Source: a candidate division WOR-3 bacterium
GTDB taxonomy: Bacteria; Hydrothermota; Tepidihabitantia; Tepidihabitantales; Tepidihabitantaceae
Reading direction: 5' to 3'
DNA: 64,000 nucleotides
NCBI GenBank assembly: GCA_965648905.1
Contig: CBFGIT010000013.1
Span: forward strand, 17,108 to 81,107
Positions 46,995 through 56,935 of this stretch are shown in pieces. Position numbers and translations under genes: made by a program. The first letter of the stretch is position 1. The number at the start of each line of letters is the position of its first letter. The notes under the pieces are model-generated. The model made no database searches. It was not told the DNA's origin and saw only the letters and a program-made list of their open reading frames with translations.

Positions 46995-49835
46995 ATGCCC
47001 AGTCAGTATCCAATTGGCTCCTTGGTCAGGTGCCGGGGCCGCGAGTGGATTGTGCAACCCTCAGACAACCCGGATGTCTTGCTGCTTCGCGGTCTTGGCA
47101 GCGACCTTGAGACGATCGGCATCTACCTCCCACTCGGCCTTGACCCGGTGGAGCCGGCTTCTTTTCCCCCGCCCGACCCGAATACGGCGCGTGACCACAT
47201 CTCAGCGCAACTGCTGCGCAACGCCGCGCGGCTGAACTTCCGCTCCGGCGCGGGGCCGTTTCGTTCGCTCGGCCGCGTCTCGGTCCGGCCCCGGCCTTAC
47301 CAGTTTGTGCCGCTGCTTCTCGGCCTGCGTCTTGACACTGTTCGGCTGCTCATCGCTGATGATGTCGGCGTGGGCAAGACCATCGAAGGCGCGCTTTTGG
47401 CCCGGGAACTGCTCGACCGCGGCGAAGCGACGCGGTTGGCCGTGCTCTGTCCGCCCCATCTCTGCGACCAGTGGCAGAACGAGCTGGCCGAGAAGTTCCA
47501 GTTGTCGGCCGTGGTCATCCGCTCAGGCACGATACGCCAACTCGAGCGCAGCTTGCCGCACGGCGACACAGACGTCTTCGCCCATTTCCCCTGCTTTGTT
47601 GCCAGCCTCGACTTCGTCAAGAGCGACCAGCGCATCAACACGTTTGTCCGTTCGTGTCCTGACCTGGTGATTGTCGACGAGGCGCACACCTGCGCCCGGC
47701 CGGCCGGCAACAACGTCGAACAGCAGCAGCGTCACCGACTGCTTGCGCGTCTGGCGAAGAAGCCAAACCGCCACATCATCATGCTTACGGCCACGCCCCA
47801 CTCGGGCATCGACGAATCGTTTCAGTCCCTCTTGGCTATCCTTCGACGTGAGTTCGACGGTATTGACCTGGCATTAGACCGGGAGCACGACCGTATCCAA
47901 CTTGCCCGACACTTTATCCAGCGTACTCGTGCCGATATCCGGCGCTGGCTCGACCGGGAAACACCTTTCCCCGAGCGCGAAGCCGTGGATGAGTCCTACT
48001 CCCTTTCGCCCTCGTATCGGGAGCTGTTTGACCGCGTGTACGCCTTTGCCCGCGAAATCGTCCAGAGTGCGGAGACGCTCAAAGGTTTCCGTCAGCGCAT
48101 CCGCTACTGGACCGCCTTGGCCCTTTTGCGCAGCGTCATGTCCAGCCCGGCAGCAGCGGTTGCTGCTCTGCAGGCACGCGCCCGCCGGCTAGCCGGTGAA
48201 ACCGACGAAGCCGCGGTAGAAGAAGACCTGCTCGACCTTGTTTTCGACCCGACCAGCCGGGAAGCAAATGAAGACAGTACCCCGACCTCGGTTGTGGCTG
48301 AGGCCGAAAAGACGTTCGACGACTCCGAGGTGCGAAGGCTTCGGGACCTGGCCCGGCTCGCAGCAGGCCTTGCCGAAGGTGACGATGAGAAGCTCGAAAA
48401 GTTGACCACGGTCCTTGAATCCTTGCTTGCCGAAGGCTATCGGCCGATTGTCTACTGCCGGTTCATCGCCACGAGCGACTACGTCGCCACCCGGCTCAAA
48501 CAGAACACCGGCCGTATCTGGAATGACTGCCGCATCATCTCGGTCACCGGTGAACGGTCTGAAGACGAACGGCAACAGATGGTAGAAGAACTCGCCCGTT
48601 GTCCGCGTCACGTGCTCGTCGCAACCGACTGCCTGAGCGAAGGCATCAACCTCCAGGAGCACTTCGATGCGGTCATCCACTACGACCTGCCCTGGAACCC
48701 GAACCGGCTGGAACAACGCGAAGGTCGGGTGGACCGGTTCGGCCAGCAGCGGCCCAAGGTGAAGACCGTGCTGCTCTACGGCAAGGATAACCCGATTGAC
48801 CTTGCGGTGCTCGACGTGCTGGTACGCAAAGCGCGCAAGATCTACGCTCGGCTGGGCATATCCGTGCCTGTGCCGGTGAACAGCGTGCAAGTGATGCGGG
48901 CGCTTGCCGAGTATCTGTTCCAGAAGGGCCGCGACCCTCGTCAGATCGAGCTCTTCGATGACCTGCCTGCGGTCAGGCAGTTGGACGTTGAGTGGAACCG
49001 CATTGCCGACCGGGAGAAAGAGAGCCGTACCCGCTTTGCCCAGCGTTCGATTCATCCAGAAGAGGTGGCGACTGAAATCGAGGAGTCAGACCAGGTCCTG
49101 GGTGATGAGTCGGCAGTTGAGGAGTTTGTGCGCGCTGCTCTGGAGCGAGTCGGCGCGCCGATGTCCAGAGTCAACGGCGTCTGGCGATTCCACGCCGAGC
49201 CGCTCAAGAGCAGGCATTTGGTGCTCCACGACAAGCTCCAGGAGTACGACGGCCAGGAGTTCGTCTTCCGGCTGCCGGTTTTGCCCGGTGCCCGCTATGT
49301 CGGCCGCAACCACCCAATCACCGCTTCCCTCGCCGACTACCTGCTCGACCAAGCTCTCGACCCTACAATCAAAGAACCGCCGGCAACCCGGTGTGGCGCC
49401 ATCCGCACCGACGCGGTGTCACAGCGCACGGTGCTGCTCCTGCTGCGCCTGCGCTATCGCCTGATTGAGAAAGACATGCCCGAGGCGCTGGCCGAGGAGC
49501 TGCTGGTGAGCGGGTTTGAGTTCAAAGACAAGGTCCGAGAGCTTTTCGGGACTGACGACGCCCTGCGGCTGATGAGCAGTCGGCCAACCGGACACATCTC
49601 TATCGAGGAACGGCGTCGTTCTGTTCAAGAGGCGGTTGACCTGCTGCCGTCGCTTGAGAAGCCGCTGGAGCAACTCGCCCAGGCCCGCGCCGAGCGCCTG
49701 CGCCAGGCCCACCGTCGGGTTCGGCACATCACCCGTGAAGGCCGGCTCGAAGTCAAGCCGCACCTGCCGGTGGATGTGCTTGGAGTGTACGTCCTCGTGC
49801 CCAAGCCAAAGGGTAGGGAAGAAGCCACCGAGTAA
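46995..49835 (+). CDS. SNF2-family helicase (DrmD-like)
   Basis: LIADDVGVGKT, DEAH, LTATPHSG, EGINLQ, WNPNRLEQREGRVDRFGQ motifs. Confidence 0.92.
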   Translation: MPSQYPIGSLVRCRGREWIVQPSDNPDVLLLRGLGSDLETIGIYLPLGLDPVEPASFPPPDPNTARDHISAQLLRNAARLNFRSGAGPFRSLGRVSVRPRPYQFVPLLLGLRLDTVRLLIADDVGVGKTIEGALLARELLDRGEATRLAVLCPPHLCDQWQNELAEKFQLSAVVIRSGTIRQLERSLPHGDTDVFAHFPCFVASLDFVKSDQRINTFVRSCPDLVIVDEAHTCARPAGNNVEQQQRHRLLARLAKKPNRHIIMLTATPHSGIDESFQSLLAILRREFDGIDLALDREHDRIQLARHFIQRTRADIRRWLDRETPFPEREAVDESYSLSPSYRELFDRVYAFAREIVQSAETLKGFRQRIRYWTALALLRSVMSSPAAAVAALQARARRLAGETDEAAVEEDLLDLVFDPTSREANEDSTPTSVVAEAEKTFDDSEVRRLRDLARLAAGLAEGDDEKLEKLTTVLESLLAEGYRPIVYCRFIATSDYVATRLKQNTGRIWNDCRIISVTGERSEDERQQMVEELARCPRHVLVATDCLSEGINLQEHFDAVIHYDLPWNPNRLEQREGRVDRFGQQRPKVKTVLLYGKDNPIDLAVLDVLVRKARKIYARLGISVPVPVNSVQVMRALAEYLFQKGRDPRQIELFDDLPAVRQLDVEWNRIADREKESRTRFAQRSIHPEEVATEIEESDQVLGDESAVEEFVRAALERVGAPMSRVNGVWRFHAEPLKSRHLVLHDKLQEYDGQEFVFRLPVLPGARYVGRNHPITASLADYLLDQALDPTIKEPPATRCGAIRTDAVSQRTVLLLLRLRYRLIEKDMPEALAEELLVSGFEFKDKVRELFGTDDALRLMSSRPTGHISIEERRRSVQEAVDLLPSLEKPLEQLAQARAERLRQAHRRVRHITREGRLEVKPHLPVDVLGVYVLVPKPKGREEATE

Positions 49836-49841
49836 GACGTC

Positions 49842-52800
49842 ATGTCTTTCCCCTGCGTCCGCATCGAAGGTGCCTTGATTCCCGGCGATATCCTCGACCA
49901 GATCGTCAAGGCCGAGGCGGTTGGACAGCGGCCCCAGGACTTTGGCCTGCCGAAGAGCACCCGACTGAGCGATGAGATATCGCGGGCCTGGCAAGACGCG
50001 CTGGCGTACTGGAAAGCGCTGCAACGTTCCTTGGACCGGCTGGGCGCGGAAGACCCGGCCACGACCCAGACCCGTGAGCAGTGGGTCGTGCCTCTGCTCA
50101 AAAGCCTTGGTTACGACAAAGTCTCCTTCATGGCCAAGGCGGCTGAGGTCTCGGGCCAGACCTTTGCCATATCCCACCGCGCCGGCGCATCCGAAGACAA
50201 CCCGCCCCTGCACATCGTCGGTATCCGTGCCGACCTGAACGCTCGTCCGCAATCCGGCCGGCCGCGGCTTAGCCCGCACGCCCTGGTGCAGGAGTACTTG
50301 AACCGTACCGACCATCTCTGGGGCATCGTCACCAACGGCAAACTGCTCCGTCTGCTCCGCGACTCATCGCGCATGAGCCGGCCCTCCTACGTCGAGTTCG
50401 ACCTTGAGCAGATGATGACCGCAGAGAAGTTCTCTGACTTCTGTTTGCTCTATCGGCTGCTGCATCGGACTCGTCTGCCGACTACTGAGGCCGATGCATC
50501 CAAGTGCCTGCTCGAAACCTACCATCAGCAGGGCATCGAGCAGGGCGGCCGGGTCCGGGAGAGACTGCGCGACGGCGTGGAACGGGTGCTCAGGTGCATC
50601 GGGCAGGGGCTTCTCGACCATCCGGCCAACGCCGAACTGCGCCGGAGGCTCAGCACCGGCGAACTCAAGCCCGAAGACTACTACTGCCAGCTCCTGCGCA
50701 TGGTATACCGCCTGCTCTTCCTCGTGGTCACAGAAGAGCGCAAGCTCCTGGCAGTCAGCGACCAGAACAACGTCTACCAGCGCTACTACAGCCTGACTCG
50801 ACTAAGAGAAGTCTGCGCCCGACCGTACGCGGTCACCTGGCGCCACGACGACCTCTGGCAGGGGTTGCTGACTACGTTCGCTCTATTTGCCGACGAGAAC
50901 ACCAGCCAGAAGCTCGGGCTCTCGCCGCTCAACGGCAGCCTGTTCGGTCCCCACGCCATGCCGGCACTGGAGAACTCGCGCCTGGCCAACGGTGTGACGC
51001 TTGAAGCCCTGCGTCACCTGTCGTTCTTTCAGGACCAGAAGGTCACGCGCCGCATCAACTACGCCGCACTCGACGTTGAGGAACTGGGCAGTGTCTACGA
51101 AAGCCTGCTCGACTACCACCCGATTGTGCGCGAAGACAACGGTCGCCTGAAGTTCGACCTTGCTTACGGAACCGAGCGCAAGTCCACCGGTTCATACTAC
51201 ACCCGGCCCGAGCTGGTGGCCGAACTGGTCAAGAGCGCCCTGGAACCGGTCATCGAGGCAAAGCTCGCCTCTGCCGAAAGCGCCGAGGAAAAGGCCAAAG
51301 CCTTGCTCAGCATCAAGGTCTGTGACCCGGCCTGCGGCTCCGGCCACTTCCTCTTGGCCGCGGCCCGCCGAATTGGCCGGGAACTGGCGAAGCTTCGCTC
51401 CGGCGAAGACGAACCGACGCCGGACGACTTCCGAATGGCCGTGCGCGAGGTCATTCAGCACTGCATCTACGGTGTGGACCTGAACCCTCTGGCCGTTGAC
51501 CTGTGCAAACTCGCGCTCTGGATTGAAGGTCACTCCACGGGCAAACCCTTGAGTTTTCTCGACCATCGCATCAAGTGCGGCAACTCTCTGGTCGGCGTCT
51601 TCTCGCTCGACGTGCTCAAGCAGGGAATCCCGGACGACGCCTACAAGCCCGTGACCGGCGACAGCAAGCAGGCTGCGTCCGCTATTCGCAAACTCAACAG
51701 ACACGAGCGGGAGATGGGGCGTATGCTCAGCCTTGACCTTGGACGTGTCGACCCGGCTGCCGACCTGCCGCTTTTTGCCGGTACTGCGGCAACGCTTGAG
51801 GCCATCGCTGACGACACCCCGGCCGACGTGAAGCGCAAGGCCGACGCCTACGAAAGGGCACGACGCGATGACGCCTGGTGGCGCGACAAGACCGCCTGCG
51901 ATATCTGGACTGCGGCGTTCTTCACGCCTCTCACCCGCGCCGACGACCCGGCCATTCCCACCACCGATCGGCTCTGGTCATACCTTGAGCATCCCAAAGC
52001 CGCGCACGGGCAGTTGCTCGGCCGGGCCGGAGCACTGTCGCTCAGCAACCGTTTCTTCCACTGGCCTCTTGAGTTCCCGGAGGTCTTCGCGCAAGGCGGC
52101 TTCGACTGCGTGCTCGGCAACCCGCCGTGGGAACAGATTCAACCGGAGGAAAGGAAGTTCTTCGCGGTACCAGCTCCTGATATTGCCCGGTTGGATGGAG
52201 AGGTGAGGAAACGAGCCATTGCTCGATTGCTCGAAAGCAATCCCGCCTTGTACGAGAGATGGCTTCTGCATTGTGAGGCAATCGCACGACTCTCGCGCTT
52301 CGCCAGGTCGAGCGGCAGATATAAGCTCACTGCCGCCGGCAAGCTGAACACCTATGCCCTGTTTGCCGAGCTGGCGCGGATGCTGCTCGGCCCGACCGGC
52401 CGCGCCGGAATCATCGTGCCCACGGGCATCGCTACGGATGCATCCACCAGCCGCTTCTTCGGTGACCTGAACATCGGCAAGGCATTAGTCAGTCTCTATG
52501 ACTTCGAGAACCGGAAGGCAATATTCCCCGGCGTACACCGCTCCTACAAGTTCTGCCTTCTCAGCGTCAGCCGAAAGCCTGTGCGTTCAACCGACTTCGC
52601 CTTCTTCCTGCTCGGCACCGAAGACATGCTTGACCAGCGCCGGCGCTACACCTTGTCGCCCGACGACCTTGCGCTCTTCAATCCCAATACCCGCACCTGC
52701 CCGACCTTTCGCACCCGTGTTGACGCCGAACTCACCCGTGCCATCTACCAGCGCGTGCCGGTGCTGGTCAACGAACAGACCGGCGAGAATCCGTGGGGCG

Positions 52801-53780
52801 TGTCGTTCAGGCAGGGATTGTTCAATATGACAAGCGACTCCGGCCTGTTCCGCACGCGCGCAGAGCTCGAAGCGCAGGGCTTCAGGCTTCAGGGCAACAT
52901 CTTTGTCAAAGGCAGCGAGCGCTTTCTGCCGCTGTACGAAGCCAAGATGATCTGGCACTACGACCACCGGTATGGCAGTTACGAAGGAGTTGGCTCGCGC
53001 GACAGCACTTCATTACCCGCAACGCGGCCTGACCAATACGCCGACACGGGCTACGTTCCCCTGCCTTGTTACTGGGTGCACGAAAGCGAGGTAAGCGCGC
53101 GGCTGGCCGGCCACGATTCACGATGGTTGCTGGGATTCCGTGACGTGACTAACGCCACCAACGAGCGCACGGCCATATTTGCTGCGATACCCAGAACCGC
53201 CGTGGGACACACAATGCCTATCGTCTTGGCCCTTCCTGAAGGTGGCAAGAATGCTGCTTGCCTCATGGCCAATCTCAACGCGCTCGCGTTTGACTTGGCG
53301 GTGCGGCAGAAGCTTGCTGGCACTCATATGACCTACTTCATCCTTGAACAGCTTCCCGTCCTGTCGCCTGACCAGTATTCCCAGGCCGATTTGGATTTCA
53401 TCGTGCCGCGGGTGCTGGAGCTGACCTATACGGCGTGGGACATGAAGTCGTTTGCTGAGGACATGGGCTACAGCGGGCCGCCGTTCAAGTGGGACGAAGA
53501 CCGCCGGGCACTGCTGAAGGCAGAGCTCGATGCCTACTACGCGAAGCTCTACGGCCTGACCCGGAAGCAGCTTCGGTACATCCTTGACCCGCATTCGTTG
53601 ACCGACCACGAGCTTGAGAATATCCTCGACCCAGCCGAAGACCCAGCCGACGCCCCGCGCACGAAGGACTTCCCCGGTGAGACCTTCCGCGTGCTCAAGG
53701 AGAAGGAAATCAAGCAGTTCGGCGAGTACCGCACCCAGCGCCTCGTGCTCCAGGCCTGGGACCGGATGTTTGGTGGCTAG
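49842..53780 (+). CDS. Type IIG/Eco57I-like N6-adenine DNA methyltransferase (DrmMI/PglX-related)
   Basis: LGSVYE.LL, GSYYT, DPACGSGHFL (motif I), GNPPW (motif IV), C-terminal TRD with TNERT and AELDA. Confidence 0.92.
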   Translation: MSFPCVRIEGALIPGDILDQIVKAEAVGQRPQDFGLPKSTRLSDEISRAWQDALAYWKALQRSLDRLGAEDPATTQTREQWVVPLLKSLGYDKVSFMAKAAEVSGQTFAISHRAGASEDNPPLHIVGIRADLNARPQSGRPRLSPHALVQEYLNRTDHLWGIVTNGKLLRLLRDSSRMSRPSYVEFDLEQMMTAEKFSDFCLLYRLLHRTRLPTTEADASKCLLETYHQQGIEQGGRVRERLRDGVERVLRCIGQGLLDHPANAELRRRLSTGELKPEDYYCQLLRMVYRLLFLVVTEERKLLAVSDQNNVYQRYYSLTRLREVCARPYAVTWRHDDLWQGLLTTFALFADENTSQKLGLSPLNGSLFGPHAMPALENSRLANGVTLEALRHLSFFQDQKVTRRINYAALDVEELGSVYESLLDYHPIVREDNGRLKFDLAYGTERKSTGSYYTRPELVAELVKSALEPVIEAKLASAESAEEKAKALLSIKVCDPACGSGHFLLAAARRIGRELAKLRSGEDEPTPDDFRMAVREVIQHCIYGVDLNPLAVDLCKLALWIEGHSTGKPLSFLDHRIKCGNSLVGVFSLDVLKQGIPDDAYKPVTGDSKQAASAIRKLNRHEREMGRMLSLDLGRVDPAADLPLFAGTAATLEAIADDTPADVKRKADAYERARRDDAWWRDKTACDIWTAAFFTPLTRADDPAIPTTDRLWSYLEHPKAAHGQLLGRAGALSLSNRFFHWPLEFPEVFAQGGFDCVLGNPPWEQIQPEERKFFAVPAPDIARLDGEVRKRAIARLLESNPALYERWLLHCEAIARLSRFARSSGRYKLTAAGKLNTYALFAELARMLLGPTGRAGIIVPTGIATDASTSRFFGDLNIGKALVSLYDFENRKAIFPGVHRSYKFCLLSVSRKPVRSTDFAFFLLGTEDMLDQRRRYTLSPDDLALFNPNTRTCPTFRTRVDAELTRAIYQRVPVLVNEQTGENPWGVSFRQGLFNMTSDSGLFRTRAELEAQGFRLQGNIFVKGSERFLPLYEAKMIWHYDHRYGSYEGVGSRDSTSLPATRPDQYADTGYVPLPCYWVHESEVSARLAGHDSRWLLGFRDVTNATNERTAIFAAIPRTAVGHTMPIVLALPEGGKNAACLMANLNALAFDLAVRQKLAGTHMTYFILEQLPVLSPDQYSQADLDFIVPRVLELTYTAWDMKSFAEDMGYSGPPFKWDEDRRALLKAELDAYYAKLYGLTRKQLRYILDPHSLTDHELENILDPAEDPADAPRTKDFPGETFRVLKEKEIKQFGEYRTQRLVLQAWDRMFGG

Positions 53781-53804
53781 CCGGTAACTAGCCGTTTGGG
53801 CAAG

Positions 53805-55360
53805 CTAGACGCACGCCCAGACCGGAAACGTTTTGAGCTCGGGCGTGTCAAGTATCTCGGCCTCATGTGGCCGCCAGCGCTCGCCGTAGAGCACAAGGCC
53901 GTAGATGAAGCTACCCAGCCTGCTATCGGTTGGGTCGCAGATGAAGTCAAGAAGCGGCGCACGTCCTTCGACGCTCGAACAACCCAGACATATCTCGGGA
54001 AGTCGCGCTCGGAGAGAATGGTGTACGCCTGCTCCGCGCTTCGGCTGAACCGTAGCATATCAGCCGTGAACGCGGTTCCGCGCATAAGCATGGCTTGGAC
54101 TGTCGCCTCCTGCAGGCCGATGTCTTGGTACTTTGTGTGAATGGCTACGATTATTGGGTGAACTGCCCCCATAATGTCTCTTAGGTCCAACCGGATTTTC
54201 GGGTAGACCGGTACGATAATGTGCCGCAGATACCATTCTTCCACCGTCGGCGCCGGGTCCCACTCGTACGTGAGTTCTATCTTGCTTAAGGTGTCATTCT
54301 TGAACTTGACGCGCGCATACGGACCAATCCGGTCGTCATGGACGTAGAACTTCGTCACGCACAGGCCCTTGGGGACAAGCCCGGCTCTCAGCATTCGGAC
54401 ATCGTAGGGCGGCACTTCGGATGAAGCAAGCTCCTCTGGTGTCGTGCCATCTTCGTAGCCAACAACCGCGACCGCGTGTCCCTTGCCTTGTCCATCAGGT
54501 TGGGAAGACAGTGCCGCAATCACCGGGATGCCGGAATGCAGGTACGACTGCAGGAGGTCTCGGCAGAGGTCGGGTGTCTTGTCGACCTTGTATAGTTCCG
54601 GAGCAAGCCCGAACGAACGCACTGCCTCACAGAGTTGCTGGGTCGTCAGGCCCTGATTGGGCACGGGCCGTCCGGACAGGAAGTACCTGGTGGCCGCTTC
54701 TGTGATTTCCCGGGGAGATGGCATGGTGAGGTCGTCGTCATAGGCTGCTTTTTGAAGCGCGGTCCAGGCCGCAGCCGTCGCGCAAGCGCTGTGGGTGCGG
54801 TCCTGCTGCTGGAATGCAATCGCCTCCAGACCTAATCGGATACCGGCTAGGTGTGTTTCATAGCGCCGGCAGCATCTGAACTGCCGGTTGCTTCCATGAG
54901 TTGGCGGACAGAGTACGCTCTTGGCAATGAAGGCCTTGGGATGGGGCCGAAGTACGATGTAGCCGCGATAGCTGCTGCGCAACCTGTCCGCAAGCGGAGT
55001 CCTGCCGGGCTCAACCGAAGACTTGGCCTCGCGCAACACGGCCAGCAGCCGTTCTTCGTTGACCTCTTCTGTGAAGAAGTGGACGCGCCAGCAATAGTTC
55101 GGGTATTGCCTTATTGACCTCGCGTAGAAGCCGGCGAAGTCGTCCATGTAATCCTTGTCGATGTAGTGGGACTCACACACATAGCTCGTGCACGCAAGCT
55201 AGTTTCTAAGATAGTGCGCGATGTACCTGAATTGCTTGCTCTGGGCAGGGTCAGCAGGACCGAGCCGCCCGACGAATTCCCGGACTAGGCGGTAAAGCGA
55301 CTCGGGCTGACAATTGCCGAAGCTAAGTGCGTATGGTGGGATCGAGGGGAGCGCGGGCAA
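53805..55360 (-). pseudogene. Papain/C39-like cysteine peptidase gene with in-frame TAG (55199-55201) and frameshift (~53961)
   Basis: FQQQD...ACAT, GHAVAVVGY, VHDD.IGPY triad-like motifs; protein-like frame continues upstream of the TAG and in a shifted frame (PLLDFICDPTD...) to TAG 53805. Confidence 0.7.
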
Positions 55361-55366
55361 CAGAAG

Positions 55367-55525
55367 CTAGTCCAGAATCAAGTTGAGTTCCTCTTCACGG
55401 TCAACATACGTTTTCTCGACTTCGCGTATGCTTGCCTCATGAGTCTTGAACTCCTCGCGGATGGTCTCGGACAGCGTTTTCTGGCTGCCTGAGGCCCGGG
55501 TCTTCTTCTTTGCGTCCGCTGACAT
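55367..55525 (-). CDS. Small 52-aa hypothetical protein
   Basis: MSADAKKKTRASGSQKTLSETIREEFKTHEASIREVEKTYVDREEELNLILD; GAGGAG RBS; TTGACA-N16-TATCTT at 55555-55582. Confidence 0.7.
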   Translation of the reverse strand: MSADAKKKTRASGSQKTLSETIREEFKTHEASIREVEKTYVDREEELNLILD

Positions 55526-55726
55526 TATGACTCCTCACTGCTCTAAGCCGTGACAAGATAGCTCCAAGTCACCGATTGTCAAGCTTGGATTCACCCCGCG
55601 AATCCCGAGTCGCCCCACAGAGCGAAGAACGAACCCTTGTCCATCAGACAGGCTGACGGTTGTCAAGGCTGACCGACAGCCGCACGTTTTGACTTGGTGT
55701 CCGGACGATGGTACTCTTTGAGTCAG

Positions 55727-55800
55727 GGGCCCGTAGCTCAGTTGGTCAGAGCAGCTGACTCATAATCAGCCGGTCGTCCGTTCGACCCGGACCGGGCCCA
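55727..55800 (+). tRNA. tRNA with CAT anticodon, probably tRNA-Ile2 (lysidine); elongator Met not excluded
   Basis: GGGCCCG...TAGCTCAGTTGG...GCTGA-CT-CAT-AA-TCAGC...GTTCGA...CGGGCCCA; paired 1-72, so not initiator. Confidence 0.9.
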
Positions 55801-55824
55801 TTCCCCCCCTGCAACACGAACTGG

Positions 55825-56475
55825 TCAAGGCTCAGCCGGCCGCTCAGCCACGATAACGACAAAGCTCGCTCCCTTGACATAGCCGGGCCGGGGTTGCTCA
55901 GGCGCAACCGTGTCTTCCGGGCCCTGAAGCAGGGTCGAGACGGTCTGAACGATTCTGAATCCGGCCTGCTCAGTAAGGTTCTTGACCTTTTCGTAGTCGT
56001 CGAAGTGCGCGTGGCTGAAGAGCGGGTGTCCGGCCTGCGCTTTCTTGACATAGCTTGCTGCCCATAGACCATGACGGTCAAGATAGGCGTTGACCAGCCG
56101 ACCATTGGGACGCAGTACGCGCCAGCATTCGCCGAGGACCCGGCCTGGGTCAGTAAGAAACTCCCAGGTCGTGAGCAGGAAGACCGCGCCAAAGCTTTCC
56201 GCCTGGAACACAAGTTCTTCACCCTGGCCCCAGAGAACTTCGATGCCGCGTTGCCGCGCCTTTTCGAGCAGAGCCGGAGACGGGTCGATGCCGAGCTTGA
56301 TGCCCAAAGCCTGAGCAAACCGGCCGGTCCCGACTCCGACTTCAAGCCACGGCTTGGGGCAGTCGGGCAGGAGCGGCCGCAGTGCGGCAAGTTCGATCTC
56401 AAATGCCAGTTTGCCTTTGGTGTCGTACCAGGCGTCGTACTTGTCGGCAAGCTGGTCGAACGGGCTTGAGGGCAT
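55825..56475 (-). CDS. Class I SAM-dependent methyltransferase
   Basis: FD..A..YD.W, LEVGVGTGRFA, GIDPS, RVL.P.G motifs. Confidence 0.88.
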   Translation of the reverse strand: MPSSPFDQLADKYDAWYDTKGKLAFEIELAALRPLLPDCPKPWLEVGVGTGRFAQALGIKLGIDPSPALLEKARQRGIEVLWGQGEELVFQAESFGAVFLLTTWEFLTDPGRVLGECWRVLRPNGRLVNAYLDRHGLWAASYVKKAQAGHPLFSHAHFDDYEKVKNLTEQAGFRIVQTVSTLLQGPEDTVAPEQPRPGYVKGASFVVIVAERPAEP

Positions 56476-56479
56476 AGAG

Positions 56480-56827
56480 TCAGAAGATGAGCACTTCGTA
56501 GCCGGCCTCTTTGTACCGGGCGATGCTCGGGTGGCCGGAAAGCTCGTCGCAGACCTTGAACCCCTGCTCGACAACTGCGGGCAGAACCGTGTTCTTGGTA
56601 GCGCAGGCTTTGCAGACACAGTCGATCAGACCGAGAATGCGCAGTTTCTTGAACTCAGCCGCGCCCGGCTTGGTCTCGTTGCGCAGCAGCGAGATGAGCT
56701 TGGTCGCTTCGCCTTCGACCACGACTTTGACGTCGTAGCCCCGGTCTTTCATGTCCATGGCGTTCAGGGCCACGTGGATGAAGCAGAGCGGGTCACCATT
56801 GAATACAAACAGGGCGACTTTCTTCAT
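56480..56827 (-). CDS. DsrE-family protein
   Basis: H..LNA.D....G..V.VV.EG.A, CKACA, GHP....Y...GYE motifs. Confidence 0.85.
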   Translation of the reverse strand: MKKVALFVFNGDPLCFIHVALNAMDMKDRGYDVKVVVEGEATKLISLLRNETKPGAAEFKKLRILGLIDCVCKACATKNTVLPAVVEQGFKVCDELSGHPSIARYKEAGYEVLIF

Positions 56828-56935
56828 GGCATTCCTTTCTTCTGTTGCCGGGCCATGTTAGCCTGACAGACTGACGTGTCAATCAACGCACGGGTCTGTT
56901 GACCCGGGGCCGGTTTCCGCTATGCTCGGAGCCAG

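Noticed and set aside
41838..55525. Genome- or island-wide TAG reassignment
   Set aside because: gap, pgk, pruA, the helicase and the methyltransferase all end at TAG at expected lengths
41800..55800. Integrative island inserted at the CAT tRNA
   Set aside because: No integrase, no duplicated tRNA 3' end found, and the accessory genes lie on the 5' side of the tRNA
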